Below, piece after piece: positions 55,987-64,000 of a stretch of DNA of 64,000 bases. The position numbers and the translations under genes were made by a program. The stretch spans positions 5,425 through 69,424 of the forward strand of contig JANODX010000034.1 in assembly GCA_031412915.1 (NCBI GenBank), in the 5' to 3' direction. The notes beneath the pieces were generated by a model. It ran no database searches. It worked only from the letters and a program-made list of their open reading frames with translations, and had not been told where the DNA came from. The first letter of the stretch is position 1; each line of letters begins with the position of its first letter. The stretch is from Vicinamibacteria bacterium (lineage in GTDB: Bacteria > Acidobacteriota > Vicinamibacteria > Fen-336 > JAGNNV01).

Positions 55987-56741
55987 CGCATGTTCATCCC
56001 GCCGTTGATCTCGATGGTCTCGCCGGTCAGGAACGAAGCGTCCGAGGAGGCGAGGAAGGCGACAACGGTGGCAACTTCGTCGGGCGTTCCCGCCCGGCCA
56101 AGGAGCACGCCCTTGGCGGCGTTGGCGAAGGCGTCAGGCGCGGTGAAGCGTCCATGGAACGGAGTCTCGCCGATGAGTCCGGGGGCCACGCAGTTGACGC
56201 GGATCCCGTGCGGCGACATCTCCTTGGCCAGAGCCTTGGTGAGCGAAACGATCGCCCCTTTCGCAGCTGAGTAAGCGCCTGCGCCTGGGCCGCCACCGTT
56301 CCAGGCGGCGAGCGACGACATGCTGATGATGGTTCCACTCTTGCGAGCGACCATGGCCGGGCCCACGGCCCGGGACATGAGGAAGGCGCTGGTGAGGTTC
56401 ACGTCCATCACCGAGCGGAAGAACTCCTCGGTCATCGAGAGCAAGGGCTGCCGCGCGATCAGGTCGCCCGCGTTGTTGACCAGGATGTCGATGGTCTCGA
56501 ACCGCGCGGTCACGGCATCGACCAAAGCCTTCACGTCGGCCGACTTCGTGAGGTCGGCCTGGAACGCCGCGGCCTCGGCTCCGGCGGCCTTGAGGGTCGC
56601 CACCACTTCATCCGCTCCCTCGCGACTCTTCATGTAGTGAACAGCCACGCGCGCGCCACGTTTGCCGAGGGTGAGGGCGCACGCTCGTCCCAGCCCCGCG
56701 CCGCCTCCCGTCACCAGAGCCACACCTTGGATCGCTGTCAT
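55983..56741 (-). CDS. Short-chain dehydrogenase/reductase (FabG-like)
   Basis: TGGGAGLG, NNAG, YSAAKGA. 4-nt overlap with the MFS gene. Confidence 0.85.
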   Translation of the reverse strand: MTAIQGVALVTGGGAGLGRACALTLGKRGARVAVHYMKSREGADEVVATLKAAGAEAAAFQADLTKSADVKALVDAVTARFETIDILVNNAGDLIARQPLLSMTEEFFRSVMDVNLTSAFLMSRAVGPAMVARKSGTIISMSSLAAWNGGGPGAGAYSAAKGAIVSLTKALAKEMSPHGIRVNCVAPGLIGETPFHGRFTAPDAFANAAKGVLLGRAGTPDEVATVVAFLASSDASFLTGETIEINGGMNMR

Positions 56742-56784
56742 TCTATTTACCTCTTGGAGAACGGGGAGCGGAATGGAACGCGGA

Positions 56785-57546
56785 CTATCGACCCAGCCAC
56801 CCGCCGTCGACGGCCAGGATCTGGCCGTTCACATAGTCGGACGCGTGGGAAGCCAGGAACACCGCGGCGCCGTTCAAATCTGCGGTCTCACCCCAGCGGC
56901 CGGCGGGAATTCGCTCGAGAATCTGACGATTCCGGGTCTCGTCCTTCTGCAGCGCCTCGGTGTTATCGGTGCGCATGTAGCCGGGGGCGATGGCGTTGAC
57001 GTTGATGCCTTTCCCCGCCCACTCGTTCGACAACTCGCGGGTGAGCCCGGCGACCGCACTCTTGGACGCGGCATAGGCGGGCACGTTCAGGCCGCCCTGA
57101 AACGAAAGGAGGGAGGCGATATTGATGATCTTGCCGCCCCGTCCCGATGCGACCAGGTGGCGGCCGGCGGCGCGGCACAACCGGAAGACGCCGTGGAGAT
57201 TGACATCGATGACGGCGTGCCAGTCTTCATCGGTGGTGTCGACGGTGGGACCTCGGCGGATGATTCCCGCGTTGTTCACCACGATGTCGAGACCACCGAG
57301 GGCAGCCAGGGTTTCGCGAACCAGCCGATCGGGAGCCTCCGGGTCGGCCATGTCCGCCGCCAGCGCGACCGCCTGGCGACCGAAGCCGCGCACCCGCTCG
57401 CAGGTGGCTTCCGCAGGATTTGCATTTCCGTGAGCCGCCACATTCGCGCCCGCCTCGGCGAACGCCCGGGCAATGGAGGCGCCGATGCCCCGCGACGCGC
57501 CCGTCACCAGAGCGACCCGCCCTTCGAGGGAGAAAAGACCCGTCAT
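56785..57546 (-). CDS. kduD: 2-dehydro-3-deoxy-D-gluconate 5-dehydrogenase
   Basis: TGASRGIG, YAASKSAVAGLT and the KduD-like tail GYMRTDNT..IPAGRWG..DL.GAAVFLAS.ASDYVNG..L.VDGGWL. Confidence 0.75.
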   Translation of the reverse strand: MTGLFSLEGRVALVTGASRGIGASIARAFAEAGANVAAHGNANPAEATCERVRGFGRQAVALAADMADPEAPDRLVRETLAALGGLDIVVNNAGIIRRGPTVDTTDEDWHAVIDVNLHGVFRLCRAAGRHLVASGRGGKIINIASLLSFQGGLNVPAYAASKSAVAGLTRELSNEWAGKGINVNAIAPGYMRTDNTEALQKDETRNRQILERIPAGRWGETADLNGAAVFLASHASDYVNGQILAVDGGWLGR

Positions 57547-57549
57547 GAG

Positions 57550-57918
57550 CTAGCCCAACGCCTCGCTCGGCTTCAGGAAGTCTTCGCGAATGGGCGAGAA
57601 GATGTCGATGAGCACGACTTCTTCATCCAGCATGGTGGCGCCGTGCCAGAAGGTGCTCGGGAAGAGCAGGACGTCGCCCGGGCCGAAGACCTTCTCCTCG
57701 GATCCCACCACGAAACGGACGCGACCCTTCTCGACCATGGTCATCTGCTCGTGAAAGTGATCGTGGGCGGCGGTCACGGTCCCGGGCGCGAAGGTGAGCC
57801 GACAGATCATCAAGGTCTCGCCATGGATCATCTGACGCACGACTCCCGGGGCAAGGTCCTCCTTGGGAATCCTGGCCCAGTTCCAGGTCTGGTGGGGAAC
57901 CGTCGTCTTGGTGGACAT
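57550..57918 (-). CDS. Cupin domain protein
   Basis: 122 aa; cupin metal motif AAHDHFHEQMTMV...G...P....H. Confidence 0.7.
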   Translation of the reverse strand: MSTKTTVPHQTWNWARIPKEDLAPGVVRQMIHGETLMICRLTFAPGTVTAAHDHFHEQMTMVEKGRVRFVVGSEEKVFGPGDVLLFPSTFWHGATMLDEEVVLIDIFSPIREDFLKPSEALG

Positions 57919-57920
57919 CG

Positions 57921-58760
57921 TTACTTCGCCTTTCCGGCTTCGAGGCCCGAGCCGCCCTGCTTGAAGTCGGGGTGAACATTCACCACGCCGAACAGCCGGT
58001 CTTCCGTCTCGCGATTGGCTGCCATCATCCAGAGGAAGTTGATCGATCCCCCGGGGGCGGCCACATTAGGGTGGTAGCCCCTGGGCATCAACACCACGTC
58101 GCCTTCGCGCACCACCACCGCGAGTTCCGGCGTGGTCTTGTCGGTGTACACCATCTGGAGACCGAACGAGGGAGCGGGCATGTCGATGTAGAGATAAGCC
58201 TCTTCGGCCAACGCCGCGTGCTCGTGGGGCGGCCACGACGTCCAGTTTCCGGGAGCGGAGAACGTGACGCCGGCCATGATGCGGCCGGCCTGGATGTTCT
58301 TGCCAAAGACCACGTTCAGCATCCGCTCCGCCGAGGGGCCGCCGGCCTTGAAGTGCAGTCCGGGATCCTTCTGCACGTCGGCGAAGGGCACGAACTGCAC
58401 GGGATAGAGCTTGTCGACCGGGGCCGAGACTTCGGCCAGATCGCAGCCGCCCGGGCCGGGCTTCACTTCGACCTTGCAGTCGCGCGGGACATAGAGGCCG
58501 TCATAGCGCCCGAGAGTGAAGGTCTTGCCTTCGGCCGCAATCGTGGCCGCGCCATGGAGCGCGATGAAACCGGTTTCGTGACCGCCGGTCGAGAAGGACA
58601 GGGCCGCATCGGCCTCGTCGAGGATGATCCGACCGTAGTGAAGGTGCTTCGCGGAGGTCGGGCCCGGGCTCACCGTGCGCGTGCGCCCCTTGCGGGCCGC
58701 GGTGTCTCGGACGACGCAGGTTTCGAGAGTCAGGGGGGTGGTGGTGGTAGCGGTGCTCAT
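57921..58760 (-). CDS. KduI/IolB family 5-deoxy-glucuronate / 4-deoxy-L-threo-5-hexosulose-uronate isomerase
   Basis: NWTSWPPHEHAALAEEAYLYIDM...GLQMVY...VVLMPRGYHP matches the IolB-type pattern. Confidence 0.7.
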   Translation of the reverse strand: MSTATTTTPLTLETCVVRDTAARKGRTRTVSPGPTSAKHLHYGRIILDEADAALSFSTGGHETGFIALHGAATIAAEGKTFTLGRYDGLYVPRDCKVEVKPGPGGCDLAEVSAPVDKLYPVQFVPFADVQKDPGLHFKAGGPSAERMLNVVFGKNIQAGRIMAGVTFSAPGNWTSWPPHEHAALAEEAYLYIDMPAPSFGLQMVYTDKTTPELAVVVREGDVVLMPRGYHPNVAAPGGSINFLWMMAANRETEDRLFGVVNVHPDFKQGGSGLEAGKAK

Positions 58761-60655
58761 CGTGTGGGGTTCCTTTGGTCAATGGCGGAGACGGCGAGTG
58801 AAATCTCCCACGTCCTTGGGCGTCCGGCCTGGAGTTGGATGTTCCGGGCTTCGAGGGCCAGGTGGGTGGGTATGGCGCCGCGGGCCGAGCGGCCGAGGGG
58901 TTCGTCGCCGCCGAACGAGAGAAGCGACGGGGTGACGACAAGGTCACCCCTGGTCCGCACCTCGAGCGCGGCCTCCGGGCCTTCGAGGCGAATCGCCTCC
59001 GGCGAGGCGCGGGTGGACAGGGGCGGGTGACTCTTCGCGGTCGAGGGCAGGACAAAGTGAAGGCGGCGAATCATGACCTCGCGACTCGAGGCCAGAGTCT
59101 CCGCGCGGGTGAGGGTCGAACCGCTGATGGTCCAGGTGAGGGAGACGGTGAATCCGGGCTCGACCCACTCCCCGGTCTTGCCGCCCCTGGTCACAAGCCG
59201 CCTCCACGTAGCGTGCACGGAGCGACCATCGGCCGAAGGCACGATCTCGTCGGCGCCTTCGGTGGCCACGAGAATCTGTCCATCCGGCATCTCGAAATAG
59301 GAAGCGCCCGCCGGGTAGGGCTGCTCGACCGGAACGGCGAAACCCGGCAGGCCATGCGGAGCGGGCAGATAGTCGGCAAAGCCCGGCTTGGTGCCGGTAG
59401 TGAAGGGAAGCGCGAAACGCAAGAGGCCGTCTCGAACCAGCCAGACCCCGGCCGGACGATCGCCTTTGCGGAAGAACTCGAAGCGGGCGACTTTGGGGAG
59501 GTTGGGCAGGGCGGGAAACGAATCGATCTTCTCCTCGGCCAAGGCTTTCATGAGGGTGTCCTGAGCCATCAGGGCCTTGCCGAAGAAGCCCACGGTCTGC
59601 TGCCATTCCCGGTCTTTGCTGATGTAGGCGTAGTTGCCGCGGCCGGGAGCAAACACCGAGAGCAGGTGAGTCTCGGGCTTGTAGTCGTGACTGAGCCAGA
59701 GCCAGGCGAGACGGTACTCGCTCACGAGATCCTTGATCGGCGCGGGTCGATACGCGGGATGGGCGGCAAGAAAGGCCACGATCTCGAGGGTGTCGAGGTA
59801 ACTCACCACCCCGAGGCTGCGGCCCCATGGATAACCGTAACCATCGGGCGAGACCAGGTCCCACCAGAGTTTCATCTGCGCGGTCAGGGTGGGCTTAAGG
59901 GCTTTGACAAGGTCGTCGCGTCCCACCGTCTCGGCCGCCTCATAGACGTAGCGCGCGTACTCGTTCGAGTAACGGTCGTAACGCCCGGTGGCGCCCGCAT
60001 CGTCCGCGTAGAGGGCGCCCTTGCTGAAGGGCTCGGCCGCGCGGTCCAGCAACGAATCGACGAAACCACGATCCTCCAGAACCCCCATCTGGAAGCCCAG
60101 AGTGGCCACCCGGGACGCGACGCCAAGGTAGTTCTCAGGAAGGTTGATCACCTGGCGCGTTTTCGGATTGTAGAAGCGGGTCGGATCGAGCAGGGACTTC
60201 CAGGCCACGCGGTCGCCCTCCGACAGCGATTGCCATACCGCGTTCCGGGTGAGGTCTTTGCCGAAGTGTCGCAGGGCCAGGGCCGCGTAGAGCTGAGCAA
60301 AGGCTTTGCTGCCCTTCTCCGACTCGCTGACCCCCACTCGCGCGATCAGCGGAACCACGTCCCGCCCGCTCACCGTGCGGGTGTGCCGCGTCTCCGCGTA
60401 GGCCGCGAGCGAACGAACGTAGGTTCCCCACGAGAACTCGCCGGTGGTGATCGCCCCGTGAACGCGGTCGGGCAGCGGACCCTGGAGCGGAATCTGAGCC
60501 AGGTGAGAGGCGACCTCGCGGTCGAAGAACGCGTCAACTTCGGTCCGGAGTGCGGAGGTTCTTATGAGTTGGTCGGCTGCGATGGCCTGGCCCGACGCGA
60601 AGGCCGCGACCGCGCTGGCGGCGAAGGCAAGGGCGCGCACGATCGACCGGTTCAA
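58757..60655 (-). CDS. Secreted protein of unknown family (candidate polysaccharide-active enzyme)
   Basis: Signal peptide MNRSIVRALAFAASAVAAFASGQAIA; 632 aa. I recognise no motif. It has 4-nt overlaps with both neighbours inside the uronate locus. Confidence 0.6.
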   Translation of the reverse strand: MNRSIVRALAFAASAVAAFASGQAIAADQLIRTSALRTEVDAFFDREVASHLAQIPLQGPLPDRVHGAITTGEFSWGTYVRSLAAYAETRHTRTVSGRDVVPLIARVGVSESEKGSKAFAQLYAALALRHFGKDLTRNAVWQSLSEGDRVAWKSLLDPTRFYNPKTRQVINLPENYLGVASRVATLGFQMGVLEDRGFVDSLLDRAAEPFSKGALYADDAGATGRYDRYSNEYARYVYEAAETVGRDDLVKALKPTLTAQMKLWWDLVSPDGYGYPWGRSLGVVSYLDTLEIVAFLAAHPAYRPAPIKDLVSEYRLAWLWLSHDYKPETHLLSVFAPGRGNYAYISKDREWQQTVGFFGKALMAQDTLMKALAEEKIDSFPALPNLPKVARFEFFRKGDRPAGVWLVRDGLLRFALPFTTGTKPGFADYLPAPHGLPGFAVPVEQPYPAGASYFEMPDGQILVATEGADEIVPSADGRSVHATWRRLVTRGGKTGEWVEPGFTVSLTWTISGSTLTRAETLASSREVMIRRLHFVLPSTAKSHPPLSTRASPEAIRLEGPEAALEVRTRGDLVVTPSLLSFGGDEPLGRSARGAIPTHLALEARNIQLQAGRPRTWEISLAVSAIDQRNPTR

Positions 60656-61866
60656 GCGACCACTCTTTCTGCGAAGGACGGGGCCGCCACCAGCGCCGCC
60701 GCGCCGCGAAGGCGCGGATACTGCTCCGGCGGCACGATGGTGATGGGCGTGGCGCCGGCCGACGGCGTCAGGGCACGTTCGGCCAGCCCGGACCTTACGG
60801 TCGCTTCGATGAGATCCCAGGCCGCGGTGATTTCACCGCCGATGTAGACGTGGGATGGATCGATGGCATTGACCACGGAACCGAGGCCAAGGCCGAGATA
60901 CCGCGCGGTCGAAAGCAGAGCGGCCATGGCTTTGCCGTCCCCGCCCCGAGCCCGGGCAATCAGATCGTCCACGGTGAGGTCGGCCACGTCGGCGGCCATG
61001 CGGCGTTCGCGAAGGTCGCGCCCGAAGTACCGCGACAAAGTGGCGAGGTTGGAGACGTAGGCCTCCCAGCAGCCGGTGGCCCCGCATCCGCAACGAGGGC
61101 CGTCGATGTTCAAGGGCACATGACCGAACTCCCCTGCGATGTTGTGCTGGCCCCGAACCAGTTCCCCGCCCATGACGATCCCCACGCCCAGGCCGTCCGA
61201 CACCGTGATGTAGACAAAGTTAGTGGGCGCCTTGGCGTCCCGGGTGGCCCACAGTTGCGCAAGAGCGCAGGCCTTGCCGGAGTTTTCGATCTGGACGCGC
61301 AGGCCGAGCGCCGTGGCGATGGGCGCCTGAAGCCCGACATCCTTCCAACCGAGGTTGGGAGCGAGCAGGACGCGGCCCGTCTCCGACTCGACCATGCCGG
61401 GCACCACCACGCCCACGCCCTGGCAGCGCCCGAGGTCTTTGTGCTCTACCAGAATGGCCTTGATTCGCTTCACCAGATCCAGGACAAAACGCCTCGGCTC
61501 GCGTTCGGTGGGAAAGCTGTTGACGCTCGCGAGCTGCCGTCCCACCAGGTCGGTCACCATGATGAAGGTGCGGGTCGGGCGAATATCGACGGCGACCACG
61601 CATCGCTTACGGGAGTCGACATAGAGGAAGGTGGGCTTGCGGCCGCGCTTCGCTTCGCCGGTGGCTCCCTCGTAGATGGCGCGATCCTCGATCAACTCGT
61701 TGACAAGCAGACTGACCGCGCCCCGCCTGGTTCCCATGAGTCGGGCGAGGTCGGCTCGCGAGATCGGCTGATTGGTGCGGATGAGGTTCAAGGCGATCCG
61801 GCGGTTGATCTCCCGGGTGGTGCCCCGGGTGGCCACGCGCAGATTCGGAGAGTGAACGGACCGCAT
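60652..61866 (-). CDS. ROK family transcriptional regulator (NagC/XylR type)
   Basis: N-terminal wHTH (INRRIALNLIRTNQPISRADLARLMGTRRGAVSLLVNELI), a ROK sugar-binding domain, and zinc motif GEFGHVPL...CGCGATGCWEAYVS. Confidence 0.85.
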   Translation of the reverse strand: MRSVHSPNLRVATRGTTREINRRIALNLIRTNQPISRADLARLMGTRRGAVSLLVNELIEDRAIYEGATGEAKRGRKPTFLYVDSRKRCVVAVDIRPTRTFIMVTDLVGRQLASVNSFPTEREPRRFVLDLVKRIKAILVEHKDLGRCQGVGVVVPGMVESETGRVLLAPNLGWKDVGLQAPIATALGLRVQIENSGKACALAQLWATRDAKAPTNFVYITVSDGLGVGIVMGGELVRGQHNIAGEFGHVPLNIDGPRCGCGATGCWEAYVSNLATLSRYFGRDLRERRMAADVADLTVDDLIARARGGDGKAMAALLSTARYLGLGLGSVVNAIDPSHVYIGGEITAAWDLIEATVRSGLAERALTPSAGATPITIVPPEQYPRLRGAAALVAAPSFAERVVA

Positions 61867-62020
61867 TTGTCTTATCTACGTCCAATATAACTCCAGAACC
61901 GGCGGCAGAAGCAAGCATTTTCTACCGGCGCTTCTCCGCTCCGGCCGTTCCGAAGGGCGTTTCCTTGCGAATTGGCATCTTCGATGGCCGGCGCGAGTTG
62001 AGCCAGGCGGAGATTTTCAC

Positions 62021-62050
62021 TTGACAGGAGATCGGATGCGGGCATATTGT
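62021..62050 (+). promoter_or_regulatory. Sigma-70-like promoter candidate for the TonB-dependent receptor gene
   Basis: TTGACA (62021-62026), 18 nt, then TATTGT (62045-62050), about 60 nt upstream of ATG 62111. GGAGA lies at 62101-62105. Confidence 0.4.
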
Positions 62051-62065
62051 CCCGTTCAAGGACAA
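62047..62065. promoter_or_regulatory. Inverted repeat overlapping the -10 element (candidate ROK-regulator operator)
   Basis: TTGTCC-CGTTCAA-GGACAA with perfect 6-bp arms, in the divergent regulator/receptor intergenic region. Confidence 0.35.
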
Positions 62066-62110
62066 ATACTGCGTAACGTCGGAAAAAGAGATCACTCTCA
62101 GGAGAACCCA

Positions 62111-64000
62111 ATGAAGGCACCGCGCATCACCGAATCGGCCCGTTCCCGTCGTCCTCGTTGGATCACCTTCGCGAGGATCACCGCCGCCGTACTGGCCACC
62201 TTGCTCCTTTCGCGCCCCACCGAGGCCCAGATCCCCACCGGGAACATTCTCGGAACGGTCAAGGACGCCCAAGGCGGCGCCATACCCGGAGCGACCGTGA
62301 CCGCCACCAACACGGGCACCCAGTACTCGCGGACGGCCACCACCGACGGGACCGGCCAGTACGCGCTCCGGCTCCTGCCCGTGGGGAGCTACACGCTGGT
62401 CGTCACCATGCCCGGTTTCAAAACTTTCTCCAGGGCGGGAATCCTTCTCGAGGTCGGCCGCAACGCTCGCGTCGATCCCGTGGTCGAACTCGGCGCCCTG
62501 ACCGAAGTCGTTTCGGTGGTGGGAGACATACCCTTGATCGAGACCACTTCCGCCACTCTTTCGCGAAGCGTTGGCCAGAACGAGGTCATGAACCTACCCC
62601 TGGTCAATCGCGATCTCTACACGTTGCTGAGCATCACCGGCGGGGTGAGCAGTAACAGCACCGGCAACAATCTGGGCGGACCGGAGCAAAACACCACCAT
62701 CAACGGCTCCGGCAACGCCCAGATGGGCACCGTCAACTTCCAACTCGACGGCGGCAACAACACCGCGGGCCTGCGCGGCACGGGAAATCCCGCGCCCAAT
62801 CCCGAGGCGGTTCAGGAGTTCCGGGTCCTGACCAACGGCTATGCCGCCGAGTATGGCCGGTACTCAGCGGGTGTGGTCGACGTGGTCACCAAGTCGGGCA
62901 CCAACGAATTCCACGGCGCGGTCTTCGAGTACTTCCGGAACGAAAATCTCAACTCCAAGCGGTGGGCCCCTCCGGGAACCACCGCGGTCAAGGACCCGCT
63001 CGATCGCAACCAGTTTGGCGGCGCCCTCGGCGGCCCGCTCAGAAAGGATCAGACGTTCTTCTTCCTCAGCTATTCCGGCCTGCGCCAGGAGGAGACCTAC
63101 TATCGCAATACGGCGGTGGTTCCTACCGCGCGCGAGCGAGCGGGCGACTTCTCCTTGTCCGCCCTCAAGCCCCGGGATCCCCTGACCGGGCAGCCGTTCC
63201 CCGGCGGCATCATCCCGGCCGCGCGCTTCGACGTGACGGCCAGGAACATCCAGGACAAATTCGTTCCGGCCTCGAACCTGCCCAACAACTTCTACGAGGT
63301 CAGTCGCCCGGATCCGGTCAACAGCAACGAAGCGACGCTGAAGCTCGATCACAAGGTCTCGCCCACCCAGACCATGGCCCTGAGCTACTTCTATCAGAAG
63401 GGCACCGATACCCAGCCCCTGTCCGTCAGCGGCAACATCCCGTGGGTAGACCGCGACTTTAAATGGAGCCAGCACAACGTCAACCTCGCCCACACCTGGA
63501 CCATGGGTTCCAACAGGATCAATCAATTCCGCGCTTCCTACATGCGTCAGTTCGGCGGCCGGGTGAACAACCCAACCACCTCCCTGGCTGACCTCGGCTC
63601 GAAGTTCACCCCCCAGGGCGACACCACCCTTCCCCGACTGACTGTCACCGGATACTTCACGGGCCAGACTTCCATCGCCGGCCCTGACGCCGGAAGCGAC
63701 TACTTCGGACTCAAGGACGCCATCAGCGTCAGCCGCGGCAATCACTCCTTCAAGTTCGGCGTGGATCTCTCCTACGAGAAGATCGTTCACGACACCCAGC
63801 TCGACAACTACGGGGTCTTCGCCTTCAACGGCAGCAAGACGGGCAACGCCTATGCCGACTTCCTCCTTGGCGTCCCCAGCACCTTCACTCAGGACGCGCC
63901 CATCCGCAAGACCGACAACGGGACCTACATCAGCCTGTTCGCTCAAGACGATTTCCGATTTCACCCGCGGGTGACCTTGAACCTCGGCCTGCGCTACGAC
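62111..64000 (+). CDS. TonB-dependent receptor with N-terminal carboxypeptidase-regulatory-like domain; 3' end outside window
   Basis: Not in the ORF track because no stop is reached. My manual translation is open for 630 codons. The signal region is followed by ILGTVKDAQGGAIPGATVTATNTGTQYSRTATTDGTGQYALRLLPVGSYTLVVTMPGFKTF, a plug region (RGTGNPAPNPEAVQEFRVLTNGYAAEYGRYSAGVVDVVTKSGTNEFHG), and then beta-barrel repeats. Confidence 0.85.
   Translation, partial: MKAPRITESARSRRPRWITFARITAAVLATLLLSRPTEAQIPTGNILGTVKDAQGGAIPGATVTATNTGTQYSRTATTDGTGQYALRLLPVGSYTLVVTMPGFKTFSRAGILLEVGRNARVDPVVELGALTEVVSVVGDIPLIETTSATLSRSVGQNEVMNLPLVNRDLYTLLSITGGVSSNSTGNNLGGPEQNTTINGSGNAQMGTVNFQLDGGNNTAGLRGTGNPAPNPEAVQEFRVLTNGYAAEYGRYSAGVVDVVTKSGTNEFHGAVFEYFRNENLNSKRWAPPGTTAVKDPLDRNQFGGALGGPLRKDQTFFFLSYSGLRQEETYYRNTAVVPTARERAGDFSLSALKPRDPLTGQPFPGGIIPAARFDVTARNIQDKFVPASNLPNNFYEVSRPDPVNSNEATLKLDHKVSPTQTMALSYFYQKGTDTQPLSVSGNIPWVDRDFKWSQHNVNLAHTWTMGSNRINQFRASYMRQFGGRVNNPTTSLADLGSKFTPQGDTTLPRLTVTGYFTGQTSIAGPDAGSDYFGLKDAISVSRGNHSFKFGVDLSYEKIVHDTQLDNYGVFAFNGSKTGNAYADFLLGVPSTFTQDAPIRKTDNGTYISLFAQDDFRFHPRVTLNLGLRYD

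Overview
GC-rich bacterial chromosomal segment. The gene content and a CarboxypepD_reg-type TonB-dependent receptor suggest Acidobacteriota, but this is inference only. I can support 56 protein-coding genes and one tRNA-Ser(GCU). There is no rRNA, no CRISPR array and no intact mobile element. Many long ORFs in the six-frame track are antisense or off-frame shadows typical of high-GC DNA, and many real genes start well inside their track ORF. I re-placed those starts using signal peptides, conserved N-termini and start/stop overlaps. Gene blocks, in order:
(1) An ArsR-SRPBCC pair with two palindromic operators.
(2) A giant BNR/Asp-box secreted protein, divergent from a small nonulosonic-acid module: NeuB-like synthase, a fused cytidylyltransferase/PseG-like protein, an SDR epimerase and a Wzx flippase.
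(3) A REC-GAF-class III cyclase.
(4) A long minus-strand gene string: ECF sigma module, zinc-ribbon protein, RNase H, aldehyde dehydrogenase and a PRXL2-like gene.
(5) Central metabolism: LOG, IDH, thrBC, NagX/ROK kinase, two S9 peptidases, Leu/Val dehydrogenase, accD, pxpA-pxpBC, fabH, Ku and others.
(6) A uronate-polysaccharide utilisation locus at the 3' end: TonB-dependent receptor, ROK regulator, an unknown secreted protein, IolB/KduI, cupin, KduD, SDR, ExuT-like MFS and a heparinase II/III-like lyase.
Most interesting observations:
- A gene split by ORF callers that is best read as a selenoprotein. It is a PRXL2/SelU-like protein with a UxxC motif, the UGA is at 13316-13318, and a hairpin follows directly.
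- A ~1.2 kb element bounded by ~191-bp inverted repeats that encloses a decayed IS91-type transposase fragment.
- Two tandem ~90-bp hairpin-rich repeats immediately after the tRNA-Ser.
- A 632-aa secreted protein of unknown family embedded in the uronate locus.
All functional calls come from reading the translated sequence by eye. No database search was run.
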